A stretch of DNA of 63,985 bases, counting the filler, from Alloascoidea hylecoeti (Eukaryota), in NCBI GenBank assembly GCA_001600815.1. It is 4 parts of 4 records of this genome, joined end to end, with 100 filler letters (N's around TTAATTAATTAA, not from the genome) between each part and the next. Parts side by side here need not be neighbours in the genome. Positions count along the whole stretch, not along the records: positions 23,670 to 37,081 come from BCKZ01000044.1; 3 more parts are not named here. One strand, given 5' to 3'. Each line of letters opens with the position of its first letter. The stretch's first letter is position 1. Shown here piece by piece: positions 24,204 through 36,303 of the stretch. The notes beneath the pieces are model-generated. The model was not told the DNA's origin, ran no database searches, and was given only the letters and a program-made list of their open reading frames with translations. A program made the translations under genes and the position numbers.

Positions 24204-25403
24204 CGTTCTCCTAAAACTGTTTGCTTCCATCTGAACTATTAATTGCATCTTATTAATTTAATCCCCTCTTTCGCCTTATTTAATAAACGGAATGCAGAAG
24301 GGGTTCCAGTGTTGAAAACCGTTGATACTAAGTGCCAAACGGCAAATAGCACCGGATTCTCCGTCTCCTGCTTTGGAAGAATGAAACAATTTTAAACGTA
24401 TTTTAAATATTTGATGAGGGTTCGAACCAGGCACTAGAGTCACTAGCTTTTTTTACTTTACATGCATAAAATTATTGGGCCTTAACACTATCAGCGTGAT
24501 CTAATTGAAACCTCTTGAAAATGCTAACGAGTGCTGCATTAGTAAGTATACAACTAATTTCTTAAATGGCTGTTTTTCTTGTTATCGATACTATGCAACT
24601 AAAAACAGATATAATAAAGCACCAATAATAAATTTCAAATTCCTAAATATCTTTCGATAATCTAATTAGCTAGGATCATTTGCTCTTTATATAATTCACT
24701 TTTTTTTCTTATAAACTATTAATATTTCCAGAAACCTCTTCCTTACTCCATAGGAACTTCAATATCCAACTCTAATTTCTTAGCCTATTCCATATGTTGT
24801 ATTAAATAATACAACACGTCAAAAATGTGATGTTTTACCCCGACTCATGTCTTCGAATTAGCTGAAAGTTTTGCGACTTTTTTTCAGACCAGCAGGTAGC
24901 AGCTCACGTTGAACTTCTTTATCACGATGATACACACCACTGACTATCGCGACTTATTTCATTGTCTTGCTAATTTATTCTAGTCGAACCAAGCACAATA
25001 CTTTATATATAACTATATAAATTTTGTAGCCATATGAAGTGTACACACTATTCAGCTATAGATCTTTTTAGATAAATACCTATATAATATTATTAGAAAT
25101 AACTCCAACATAAGGCATAGCTCTATACCTAGCCTGCTTGTGAAATTGTTTTGTTACAATAATTGGTGAAGAAGGGGAATATAAAAAACTGGATAGGAAA
25201 GATTGAGATAAGAGGATTACATGTGCAATTGTTTTTGAAAAAGGATGTCTAGGGTTCTTATTTCTATGAGTCAATATTATATAATACTATAGAGTACATT
25301 CAAATGTCTTATTAATAAACTAACAAATCCATATAAAACAATTGCATGTTAAAAAATGAGCCCAATATCTCAAACAAATTCAATTTAAGAACGAATGAAT
25401 TGT

Positions 25404-25911
25404 TTAATCGAAGAGACCGAATCCTATAAAGAAATAAAGTTAATAAACCAAAGAAATTGAGTACAAGATAAAAACCAAAGATTTTACATACCCATATCAT
25501 CATCGGATTCCTCTGCTTCAGATTCTTCCTTTTCTTCTTCAGCTTCTTCAGCGGCAGCACCTCCAGAAGCAGCAGCACCAGAAGCAGCACCAGATCCACC
25601 AGATGGAAGACCAGTAGCTAATTTGACCGTTCCTTCAGCAATTAATTCGTCAATGGTTTTACCTTCAAGATCCTTGAGTAGAGCATGGATATGATCCTCA
25701 TCAGCTTCAATGCCAATAGAACCTAATACATGTTTGATATCCTTAAAATTTGGATGATGATTACCACCATTGAGGACAAGAAGATAAGCAGCAAGATATT
25801 TCACTAAACAAAAATAAGGTTAACTTTATGATCCTAACTTTAATAATTAAGGTTTCGAAACAAAGAATAGATAAATAGATAAATACACAATAAAGTGAAT
25901 AAATACATACT
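25404..25911 (-). CDS. RPP2: 60S acidic ribosomal protein P2; introns 25804-25910 (splits the ATG) and 25424-25491
   Basis: MKYLAAYLL...[13 protein letters not shown] after splicing. Confidence 0.95.
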
Positions 25912-26081
25912 TTTTAAATAAGAATTGTAGAATAATCACTTTTAAGCCGATTGACAGACTATTCTTTTGAATTTGGGTTGAAGGTGAAAAATATTAATCA
26001 ACGACTCTTTTATAAATTGAATGCTGTCATTTACTCTGTTGTATGTATATTTCATCATTGATGGTAAAATCTTGTCGGGTT

Positions 26082-26111
26082 TAGCCCTATATAGTTAAAA
26101 TCGCAGTCACA
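26082..26111. promoter_or_regulatory. Ribosomal-protein promoter motifs: TAGCCCTA (Tbf1/Homol-E-like) and CAGTCACA (Homol-D)
   Basis: Exact motifs at 26082-26089 and 26104-26111 between divergent RPP2 and RPS15. Confidence 0.65.
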
Positions 26112-26204
26112 CATAGGACTGAGGATTACACATAGATGAACTTTTAACTACATCACTTTATGGCTTGAAAGATCTCAATCCTCTACAGAAGCATATAATC
26201 AAAA

Positions 26205-26980
26205 ATGTCTGAAGGTATGTCCAAATACGATATTCACAACAATTTATAATATATTTGGATCCTGTTGAAAGAGCAATAAGTAATGAATTAGGATTTTGGC
26301 AACAAATTATGATTGAATGTTCAACCAGTTAATTCAAAGATTAAAAAGTCAATATCAACAACATGTTATCTTTGACAAAAGGCGAGGGTTTATATGGGTC
26401 GAGATTCTAAAGAAATGACCTTTTTTTTTCAAGACAAGTTTTTAATACCAATTATAATATGCATGATTTCAATCTCATTACTTATTTGCCCAAATATTAC
26501 AGCTTTCAATATGTATTGAAGTATATTTTAGAACAGTTTCTAACGTTTGTCTATTTAGCTCGTCAAAAAAGATCCTTCCGCAAATTCTCATACCGTGGTG
26601 TTGACCTTGATAAGTTACTCGACCTTTCTACCGAGGATTTCACCAAACTTGCTACTGCTCGTGTTAGGAGACGATTCAACAGAGGTTTAAAATCTAAACC
26701 ATTTGGTCTTATCAAGAAACTCAGAGCTGCCAAAGAAGCCACTGAACCAAATGAGAAGCCAGCTATGGTTAAAACACATTTACGAAATATGATTGTTGTT
26801 CCAGAAATGATTGGATCCGTTATTGGTATTTACAACGGTAAGGTTTTCAACCAAGTTGAAATCAAACCAGAAATGGTTGGACATTACCTTGGTGAATTTT
26901 CAATCACCTACACACCTGTTCGTCATGGTCGTCCAGGTATCGGTGCTTCTGCTTCATCCAAATTTGTTTCACTCAAATAG
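26205..26980 (+). CDS. RPS15: 40S ribosomal protein S15 (uS19); intron 26215-26558
   Basis: [46 protein letters not shown]. Confidence 0.97.
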
Positions 26981-27441
26981 ACTACCAATATTCATATTTG
27001 TATAATGCACTTGAAATAATTTGAATATATTACGTTTATAATTGAAAACCATCTTCCTCTATAGAATCGTATAAAATAATCACTTTCACATATTCATCAA
27101 TGAACCAGTGAGTAGAATATATATAAAATGATTAGTGTTTTAAACTTAATTATTTTGAGATATTTATTTATATTCTCTCATTTTGTATACCAATAATTAA
27201 CGCATTTAAGTGCCAATTTCCAATATATAAGGTCGAGCAAAGTAATGTGTGTTATTATTAAGAGCGTGTACCGTTTTTAAGATTCTTTCCTTGGAAGGCT
27301 GCATATTACAGTACAATACATTAATTTTCAAAATCACTCATTTTTCTTATATGTATCACAAAATCCACTAATAATTCTTGCCATACTAAATTAATTAAGT
27401 TTTTAAACCATCGAGCTTAGAATTTTTGAGAGGATAATTAC

Positions 27442-28631
27442 ATGTATAAGGAACAAATGACAGAGTTAACTTATCAGTCAGAACATCAGAAAAAAGTGGA
27501 CCTAAACGTCAAAAATGATCAACTAAAAAATATCAATACTACTAGTTTTAAAGATAGTGTTTTGGATATAATATATGGCTCTGTTAGTATATATTTTATT
27601 CTTCTTTGCAATCGATTCAGAGTATTAACACCTCATAAAATAGATTGCTGGTTCGTCTGGAAAATTAATTGAATATCCTTTTGATACAGTCAAAGTCCGA
27701 CTACAAACACAACCACAAAATGCATCTTTATATTTCAATGGGCCTTTAGATTGTTTTAAACATACTATTAAAAATGAAGGGTTTCTCGGTCTCTATAGAG
27801 TATGCTATTTTTCTTGTTGATGTGACTCAGACTTGACTAATATTTTTTTCTTCTTAAGGGAATTTCTTCTCCTATTGTTGGAGCAGCCGCAGAAAACGCA
27901 TGTCTATTCTTTGTGGTAAGTATATCAACTTATTTGATTAAATATAAATAAAGACTAATTTATGGTTATAGTACAATATATCACAAGATCAAATAAAGAA
28001 GAATTTTTACAATAATCAAATTGATGTGCTTCCCATTCCGGCCCTTTTTACCGCAGGAGCTATTAGTGGAGCATTTGCAAGTTTTGTTTTAACACCAATT
28101 GAATTAATAAAATGTCAGATGCAAGTTCAAAGATTATATTCAACACCAGAAACTGCAAAACATAATGGTATAATATATCTGGTTAAAGAAGTTGTTAAAA
28201 AAGAAGGATTAAAAGGATTTTGGAAAGGACAAACGGGTACATTTCTAAGAGAATCCGGTGGATCAGCGTCATGGTTTGGAGCTTATGAATATGTATCACT
28301 TTTTTTCCGTAATTATCATAAAAGGGAAACAAATACAATTGGAGAATTATTAATCAGTGGTGCTTGTGGTGGTATTGCTTATAATGCTTCTTTATTTCCT
28401 GCTGATACGATAAAAAGTAAAATGCAAACGGATTCTATCATATCAGGTAGTTCAAAATCACAAGGCTTTTTGGAAGTAGGTAAGGAAATATATACGGCGA
28501 ATGGTATCAAAGGATTCTATAGAGGTATGGGTATCACCTTGTTAAGAGCTGCTCCTGCTAGTGCTACTATTTTTCTTGTTTATGAAAAACTGAAGGAGTT
28601 TGGTAATAATTATATTAATCCAAATATATGA
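27442..28631 (+). CDS. ORT1: Mitochondrial ornithine carrier; introns 27583-27643, 27800-27858, 27916-27971
   Basis: Three PxDxxKxR-type carrier motifs; [36 protein letters not shown]. Confidence 0.85.
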
Positions 28632-28995
28632 TAATAATGGTACTGTTGTATATATTTATTCAAATGCATATATGAAACTTTACAACACAATTAGTTCATG
28701 TTGATATTGCCTGTACTAACACTAATTTTAAATTTGTTCATCGCTGTCCTATTTTAGCTCTATGCAAATCTAGTAACATTAAATTAAATTCAAAATTAAT
28801 ATTAACAGCTACTCATTGAACACCTTATAAACATATACATAAGGCTGTAATGTTACACCTATAATCAATTAATGTATATGATCAATAGTCTATCAATAAA
28901 ATATTTAAAACAAAACCCAAACTATAGCGCAAATGTATATGTTATGTCCATAACTATATAACTAATACTGTATCATAGACCAAGTTAAGTTATAA

Positions 28996-30039
28996 TTAAG
29001 CAAGTGCTCGTTTAGCTGTTCTACCAGATAGTAATCTGATAAGAGTCAATAAAGTTACAGCAGTTTTATATAATTGTTCTTTAAAATAAAACAAAAAGGC
29101 ACTTGTTAAAACTGATTGAAATAATTTAATATCAATACCTTTATATAAAGAACCAAGTCCTTCAGTTTTTATAATATTCTTAAAAACTTGCCATGAAGAA
29201 ACACCTTCATGTTCTTTATTATATAATTGCAATCTTGATTTTAATGTAATATATGGATATGTTGAACCAGTTGCAATTAATTTTGAAATTGCACCTAATA
29301 AGAAAGCATCTAAGGCAGTTGCTTTTCTTTTCTTTAAGATAATTTTTCTTAATTCTTCATAGCAAGTATATTGAATAATTGGATTGATAACCAAGATTAA
29401 GGCAGGACCAATTCCTGAAAATAAAGCTTTTACACCATCAGTTTTAATTATTTCTTTTAATGTTCCAATAACAGAAACATTTTTTGCTGAATTTGATTTA
29501 ACAGTCATTCTTGTATTAACAACCCACATTGGATTTGTTAAAATAACAGTTGCAGAACCAGCTACAGCACCGCCTAACATTGATTGTGGAGTTGTTAAAA
29601 TTTCAGAACCATTAACAGTTTGGAAAACAGATCTAACACCTTCATAAAAATAATAATAAACAAAATTTGAAGCAGATACTGCCCATAAAGCAGATTCAAG
29701 ACCAGAATAAAGACCTTTAATACCTTCTTTTTCAATAATATTTTTTGTATAATTAATTGAATTAATATTTTTAATTTTTGAAATAAAACAATCTCTTTTT
29801 TTCTTTGATAATCCTGATTCTAAATCAATATATGCTGAAGTACTATCAGTAAGTTCTTGTGAAATTTCAATAGAATCATCTTTTTCTTTACCTTTTCCAG
29901 ATACTTTTGCTTCACTAGCTTTTTTACGATCGGTTTGCGCACGTGTAGAGATATTAATCAAAGGATAAGTAATTGCCATGGATAAAGCTCCACCTCCAGC
30001 ACCTGCCAACGCGTGTGCAATATTATCGGAATCAGCCAT
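28996..30039 (-). CDS. PMP47: Peroxisomal carrier PMP47/SLC25A17-like
   Basis: DNIAHALAGAGGG..TYPL, NFVYYYFYE, TNPMWVVNTRM, LVINPIIQY. Confidence 0.8.
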   Translation of the reverse strand: MADSDNIAHALAGAGGGALSMAITYPLINISTRAQTDRKKASEAKVSGKGKEKDDSIEISQELTDSTSAYIDLESGLSKKKRDCFISKIKNINSINYTKNIIEKEGIKGLYSGLESALWAVSASNFVYYYFYEGVRSVFQTVNGSEILTTPQSMLGGAVAGSATVILTNPMWVVNTRMTVKSNSAKNVSVIGTLKEIIKTDGVKALFSGIGPALILVINPIIQYTCYEELRKIILKKRKATALDAFLLGAISKLIATGSTYPYITLKSRLQLYNKEHEGVSSWQVFKNIIKTEGLGSLYKGIDIKLFQSVLTSAFLFYFKEQLYKTAVTLLTLIRLLSGRTAKRALA

Positions 30040-30844
30040 TTTGTCCTGTTTACTTTGACTTGAATAAAAAAAAAAGGAGAGTGAGGAATGTTAAATGGGA
30101 TTTTTTTGTGGAACTCTTTATAATTTTATTTACTGCCGACATCCAAGCCGATCGGGAAAGTAGGGTAAGCACGTGAATATGTAAAATGTATGCATATTAG
30201 TAAGATTTTCTGGGAAATGAGTAATGTAAAGTAGTACTGATGACTAACTTGCAAATAACCTCCTGAACACGTTCTTTGTGGGGAAAATAGTGTAGATATG
30301 CTAATCAAAACTATAATTCATTATCATAGATTCAACTTGTTTTGTTTGAATCTATCAATTATAATTACATTCATTATCACATTCACAATTGAAATTGCAA
30401 TTGCCATTCATTTATATTATACAGCATATGTTTAACAAATGTTTATTCAAAATATAAAATAAGTACTTATAAACAATATACAATTTGAATATAAAGCATA
30501 AAATCGAAACTCATTCAATGATCGATTAATATTGTAAATGATAGATTAAAGCTAAAACAATAATTTAAAACAAGTATATATATGAAACATTAGATGATCA
30601 TTCTTCGTTTTTAACACATTCGACTTTCAAAGATAATTAAACTAGAACTTATTTGAAATTAAAATTGAATTATTTAGTAGTATATACTTTTCAACTTCTT
30701 TAACAATAAGAAATTTATACTTATATAATATTAATTTTCGTGTCTACTAATATTTTAAAAATCGATAATTAAAAATGAAAAAAAAGATCATAAAAACGCC
30801 ACACTAAAGGAGAGGTAAAGGTAAACACTTATAAGTTTAAGAAA

Positions 30845-33172
30845 TTACAATCTTGGATAATCAGGTTGAATAGTTTCACCTTTTTGCCAAATAACATCAT
30901 TATGAATTGGTTTTAAATCCCAACATTTTTTAATATTTGGATTTACTTCAATAATTGAATTTGATTTTGTTGTATCAATTGTTGATTTATTATTTATTTC
31001 AACTTCTTTAAATGATGAAATTGGTGTTGGAATTGGTGTTGGAATTGAAGCAAGTTTAAATGCTAAATCGACTATTCCAAATACTGGAATTCCTAAATTT
31101 AAATCTGATGAACTTGTTGATGTGCCTTGTAAATTAAAATTTGTAGTACTTAAAGCAACAAATTCATTTTCAGCATTAAATAATCCACTACCTGAAGTAT
31201 TTGCTAATGATCCATTACATGAAGATGTTACTGCCATTATTGGTAGAACAGGGTTTTCAGTGTTTTTACCAAGTGATATATTTGGATCAAATAATGGTAA
31301 AGAAACCGTTGTTGATATAACTCTTTTTGAAATATATGGTTGCAAATATTCTTTATCAATAAACTCTTTAAAATGAGGGAAAACTGGAGGATTCACTAAT
31401 GGATCAGCCATTCCTAAACCAACAGAAAGTACTTTTTCACCTTTACGAATTGAAGTTGAAGGTAAACGAGCAGGTTTATTAGTTGATAACGAACAAAGAG
31501 TTTTCAATGATAATAATGCAAAATCAAAATCAGAAAATTGAGTATGAATTTGAGAAATATAACTAAATGATTTATCAGAAAACCATACTTTTAATGTTGA
31601 GGAGTCATTTGGTTCAACAACATGTTTATTGACAATAACCAATGATGAAGAAAGTAAGACACCAGTAGTCCAATATACATTATTGGTAGATGTTGCATCG
31701 ATTGTAACCGTAACTATTGATTCAACAGGGTCATATTCATCAACCTTTAGAAGTTGTAAACCAGCAACTGTTGAGGTTAAGTTTGGTTTGATACCAAGGC
31801 TAGGAGCAGGTGCAGGGTTAACTTGAGTAGGCGCAGGATTAACTTCAGTCGATGAATTTTTATTATTTGAGATCTGAATAGAACGATGTTTCATAATAAG
31901 AGCTGAAGTATCTGATTTTGTAACTGGTATATCCACTGAACGAGTTGGAATTGAACGATTTGGTGGTAATCCAGGAGGTGGAGAAGGTATAGGGAGAGAT
32001 AATTTGTTAGAGGTAGTGCTATTTTTAGGTGCACTTTCAATATTACCATCAGAATTAGATGAATTAGCTAATTTATTAAAAGTAGATTTATTATCATTTG
32101 TTAAAAACATTTCTTTTAATATTGTAAAAATCATATCCCAAGTTATAATTAACAATAAATCTCCTTGGCCATTTAATTTTTTAAAACAGCCAGCAACAAG
32201 TCCAATAGTCAATTGTTCATTTTCATTTTCTTCATTATTGAAAAGTTGAGATGTATTATCTAAGAAAGCAATTCCACCCTCCATATTTTCAAGATATCGA
32301 ACATCACTGAGTACAGCATCTAACATATGGTCATCTGTTGTTGATTTAACCAAATAACTGATGTTCCCGGTTGAATGATAATCGTTGAATAATATAGGAT
32401 AAGAAACTGAAAATGGACAACTTTTAACTAGAATTTGATGATAAGAAGTAATTGCGTAGTTAGTTAAAGATGCAATTGTAAAATATTCAACCTTCTCCGA
32501 AGCTTCTGGGATAGCGGTCTCAATTGGTTCTTCAGGTTTGATAATTACCAAATATAACGGTACTTGTTGAGGCAAATCTGGAGGAGCTGATAAGAAACGA
32601 GATCCCCATCGTCTTGTTTGTTTCGCTGGTAACTTGTCAGGGTTATTGTCGTCATTTGGGAAAAATCTGAAACCTGAGGTTGTAAACTTTTTAATCAATT
32701 TTTGAAGGTTGTGGCTAGCGTATGGCGAACACTTTTCAGGGTCATCGGCCAACAAATCGATCGAATACTTGATTGTTGAAGGAATCCAAGTAATTTCTTC
32801 ATCGGCAATTGAAGATTCGGTTGTTATAATAACTTTATCGTTAACGTTTTGCTTAAAAGGAGAGATGGTGATGACAAGGTCGTTGTTTGCATCTTTGAGT
32901 CTAGACGGTCTGGAAGTGTTGAAGCGCCTTTGGGGAGGTCTGTTGTAGCATAGATAAATACCTGTGGAGGCCCTTGGATTGTCGTCGGACACAAGGTCCG
33001 GGGCGAAGTGAATGGCAGCCGGGATGTAGGACCAAAGATTGTCCATGTTTCCTACTTCTTTCCTTGCAAACATGGAGGGAGATGGAGGTTTAATATTTGT
33101 TGTATTTGTGTAATAAGAGAACCCACCACTTCTAAATTTCTGAATTTGTTTATATCTTGCCAAAACTGCCAA
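30845..33172 (-). CDS. Trypsin-like peroxisomal processing protease (TYSND1/DEG15-like); true start uncertain
   Basis: WTTGVLL..VNKHVV (His), DFALL (Asp), GEKVLSVGLG, TSGSGLF (Ser); PTS1-like C-terminus PRL. Confidence 0.65.
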   Translation of the reverse strand: MAVLARYKQIQKFRSGGFSYYTNTTNIKPPSPSMFARKEVGNMDNLWSYIPAAIHFAPDLVSDDNPRASTGIYLCYNRPPQRRFNTSRPSRLKDANNDLVITISPFKQNVNDKVIITTESSIADEEITWIPSTIKYSIDLLADDPEKCSPYASHNLQKLIKKFTTSGFRFFPNDDNNPDKLPAKQTRRWGSRFLSAPPDLPQQVPLYLVIIKPEEPIETAIPEASEKVEYFTIASLTNYAITSYHQILVKSCPFSVSYPILFNDYHSTGNISYLVKSTTDDHMLDAVLSDVRYLENMEGGIAFLDNTSQLFNNEENENEQLTIGLVAGCFKKLNGQGDLLLIITWDMIFTILKEMFLTNDNKSTFNKLANSSNSDGNIESAPKNSTTSNKLSLPIPSPPPGLPPNRSIPTRSVDIPVTKSDTSALIMKHRSIQISNNKNSSTEVNPAPTQVNPAPAPSLGIKPNLTSTVAGLQLLKVDEYDPVESIVTVTIDATSTNNVYWTTGVLLSSSLVIVNKHVVEPNDSSTLKVWFSDKSFSYISQIHTQFSDFDFALLSLKTLCSLSTNKPARLPSTSIRKGEKVLSVGLGMADPLVNPPVFPHFKEFIDKEYLQPYISKRVISTTVSLPLFDPNISLGKNTENPVLPIMAVTSSCNGSLANTSGSGLFNAENEFVALSTTNFNLQGTSTSSSDLNLGIPVFGIVDLAFKLASIPTPIPTPISSFKEVEINNKSTIDTTKSNSIIEVNPNIKKCWDLKPIHNDVIWQKGETIQPDYPRL

Positions 33173-33330
33173 AAATTTGTATCGGTCGCTCCAGAAACAG
33201 TATAATTATGTATTATGTGCCTACTTTTTTATGCATAATTACCTGTTTTGACTATAAAATTAATTAATTAAATGTCCAGATGCTTTTCGAAACCATGGAT
33301 TTTTCAGAAATGAAAAAAATTAAAAAGAAA

Positions 33331-33444
33331 TGGTTGCTGAGAGATTCGAACTCTCGCCTCTTGCGAGATCCGAACACCGTTTAACAACTGTGAAGAGAAA
33401 CTTCTCTTGAGTCGGACGCCTTAGACCAACTCGGCCAAACAACC
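33331..33444 (-). tRNA. tRNA-Leu(CAA) with ~31-nt intron
   Basis: GGTTGTT acceptor stem, TGGCCGAGTTGGTCTAAGGC D arm, TCCGA-CTCAAG anticodon arm, long variable arm, GTTCGAATC T loop. Confidence 0.95.
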
Positions 33445-34878
33445 TATTCATGGACTTTGAGATTTAATTCATTACTTCACTCAATCTATTAGTGTCCCAT
33501 TTTTCCAACATTGGATTATTCAATTCCATCATGAACTTGGTGGGTCAGAAAACGACTGAGCTAGAAATATAATTAATTTTGGTTATTGTATTTTTTTAGA
33601 TCAATATTTAAATTTGTTCCTGATCTGCTAGATTCCCATTTAATAATAATAGAGATGGATATCGATACCTAGGCCTATAGCTATGTCAACTTGTTTTTAC
33701 CTATTCAAACTCACTCCTACATAGTTATGAATAATTCTGAAATTTCAGGAATATATCATCATGTTACTTAAATTAGGCCATTTATTAACTAATTTCGTCG
33801 GGAATATTATCGGTATGACCCGTCGTTATGGTTCTAAACTTGGCCGATAGTTAGTAGTCATAATGGCTTAAATTAAGTGGAATTGCTGTATCATACACCA
33901 CCCAGCAAATAGAGTAAATAAAAATACAATAAGACAAGCATTAAATTTCTTACCAACTCAAAAAGAATTACAAAATAATAATAATAATGATTCTAAAATT
34001 TCAACTGAAAAAAATTTAAACTCAAATTCAAATTCAAAATCAAAATTAAAATATCTAAAAATTTAAGAACAATGAAATCAATAAATAATTTAATAACTAA
34101 TGAACCATTGTTAGAACCCGTATTGATAAATTCACCAATGGATTCACCAGCAAAGAATCTAAAGAATTTGAAACTGANNNNNNNNNNNNNNNNNNNNNNN
34201 NNNNNNNNNNNNNNNNNNNNNNNNNNNNNNNNNNNNNNNNNNNNNNNNNNNNNNNNNNNNNNNNNNNNNNNNNNNNNNNNNNNNNNNNNNNNNNNNNNNN
34301 NNNNNNNNNNNNNNNNNNNNNNNNNNNNNNNNNNNNNNNNNNNNNNNNNNNNNNNNNNNNNNNNNNNNNNNNNNNNNNNNNNNNNNNNNNNNNNNNNNNN
34401 NNNNNNNNNNNNNNNNNNNNNNNNNNNNNNNNNNNNNNNNNNNNNNNNNNNNNNNNNNNNNNNNNNNNNNNNNNNNNNNNNNNNNNNNNNNNNNNNNNNN
34501 NNNNNNNNNNNNNNNNNNNNNNNNNNNNNNNNNNNNNNNNNNNNNNNNNNNNNNNNNNNNNNNNNNNNNNNNNNNNNNNNNNNNNNNNNNNNNNNNNNNN
34601 NNNNNNNNNNNNNNNNNNNNNNNNNNNNNNNNNNNNNNNNNNNNNNNNNNNNNNNNNNNNNNNNNNNNNNNNNNNNNNNNNNNNNNNNNNNNNNNNNNNN
34701 NNNNNNNNNNNNNNNNNNNNNNNNNNNNNNNNNNNNNNNNNNNNNNNNNNNNNNNNNNNNNNNNNNNNNNNNNNNNNNNNNNNNNNNNNNNNNNNNNNNN
34801 NNNNNNNNNNNNNNNNNNNNNNNNNNNNNNNNNNNNNNNNNNNNNNNNNNNNNNNNNNNNNNNNNNNNNNNNNNNNNC

Positions 34879-35021
34879 CAGGTACACGTAAAAGAGTTGA
34901 ACAAAGACGAAGACATTATGATGCAAAAGTTTATGCAAAACTATTAGAAATTTGTTCTTCAGGAGATCCATCAAAAATTTATAAAAATTTAGTTAAAATA
35001 GATCAAGGAGCATCGGAAGGA
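34879..35021 (+). pseudogene. STE20/PAK kinase gene fragment
   Basis: YAKLLEICSSGDPSKIYKNLVKIDQGASEG matches the start of the Ste20 kinase domain with the Gly-loop mutated, followed by a stop; preceded by an assembly gap. Confidence 0.75.
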
Positions 35022-35597
35022 ATCAATTGCAAATGATTAGTTTTATCACTAATAATGTAGTAGTTAGTTATAAGTAATAGTGTTTATACCATTAGCGCTA
35101 TAATATATGAAGAATCATCTTCGTTATAACATATGCATCGATATCATTGACGTGCAATTGAGAGTAATTCATTATAATTGTCAACATAAGTTACTTATAG
35201 ATCGGTTATGATCCTTTCAGCGATAATATATGTTAAAGTTCAAGGTGCCTGTTCTCCCAGTTGCGCCAAAAAGCCAATCGACCCTTCAGTGAACTGTTCT
35301 AAGAGTGTAATATATATCCAACAATATATATAATGGGCTTCGATTTTTCTAAAGAGACAGTATAAGATGAATGCAGATTCCTTATAATTAAATGGAAAAT
35401 CCACCCCCAAAAAATGCAATCCGTAATACTTAACTTCTCACCGAAAACACCAATAACATTGAATATATATGTGGGAGAAGGACGATCGATCTTTGAGATT
35501 ACATAGCTGCAATGTTTATGGGCTTATTCAATTTTCCACTTGTCTTCCCAATTAACTCTTGTGCGAGAACAGCTGACAACCCTTTAAAATTTAAACA

Positions 35598-36074
35598 TGG
35601 TTTAATGGTCTAGAATAAGAGAGATATCTTCTAAGAACTTTTCTGGTGAAGATGGAGTAAATCGAGGACTTTTTGACTGTTTAGGTTTTGGAATTTTTAT
35701 AGTTATAAGGAACTATCGCTATGGTCACTTCATTTTCGGAAGAAATAGCTGCTGGTTCAAATAAATATATCAAAGTTAATGAGCACACAACCAATAGAAA
35801 CCAAAATCACTGTATACCTATATACAAAATCATTATTAACTGGTAATCTAGAATATAATTATAACCTTGTTAGATCATGTTATAATTCACCAATAGATTT
35901 ATTTGGTTATCCTGATGAATTTTTATTAAATTATGAATAATTACAAGCTTCAAATACATCATTATTACCAACTTCTTTATATGTTAGATTTCTTTCACAA
36001 AAAGCATTATTAGAAAAACTTTGTTCAATTTTAAAATTTTAGATATTGATTCTAAAGTTGAAGGGTTTAGATTG
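35598..36074 (+). repeat. ~500-bp dispersed non-coding repeat, copy B, upstream of the orphan nuclease-like gene
   Basis: Reverse complement of 23670-24203. Confidence 0.9.
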
Positions 36075-36303
36075 TTATTGATTTACTTTAAACTGTACTT
36101 ATTTTAGAATATTCAGATAAATTCAGAATTTTAGCTGCTCTCGATGCGATGGATTAAATACATCTGTTGAATATCAGGAATTGGGAATTTATATATATAA
36201 ATTTAAAATAAATAGATTAATAAAGAGATAATTGCAATTTTAAATGTTACCCGGATACAAAATACATTTTAATTATAATCAATCAACTTCTTTTATCATT
36301 AAT

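Noticed and set aside
24410..24435. B-box-like GGTTCGAACC suggesting a tRNA or SINE
   Set aside because: No cloverleaf or A box could be built around it
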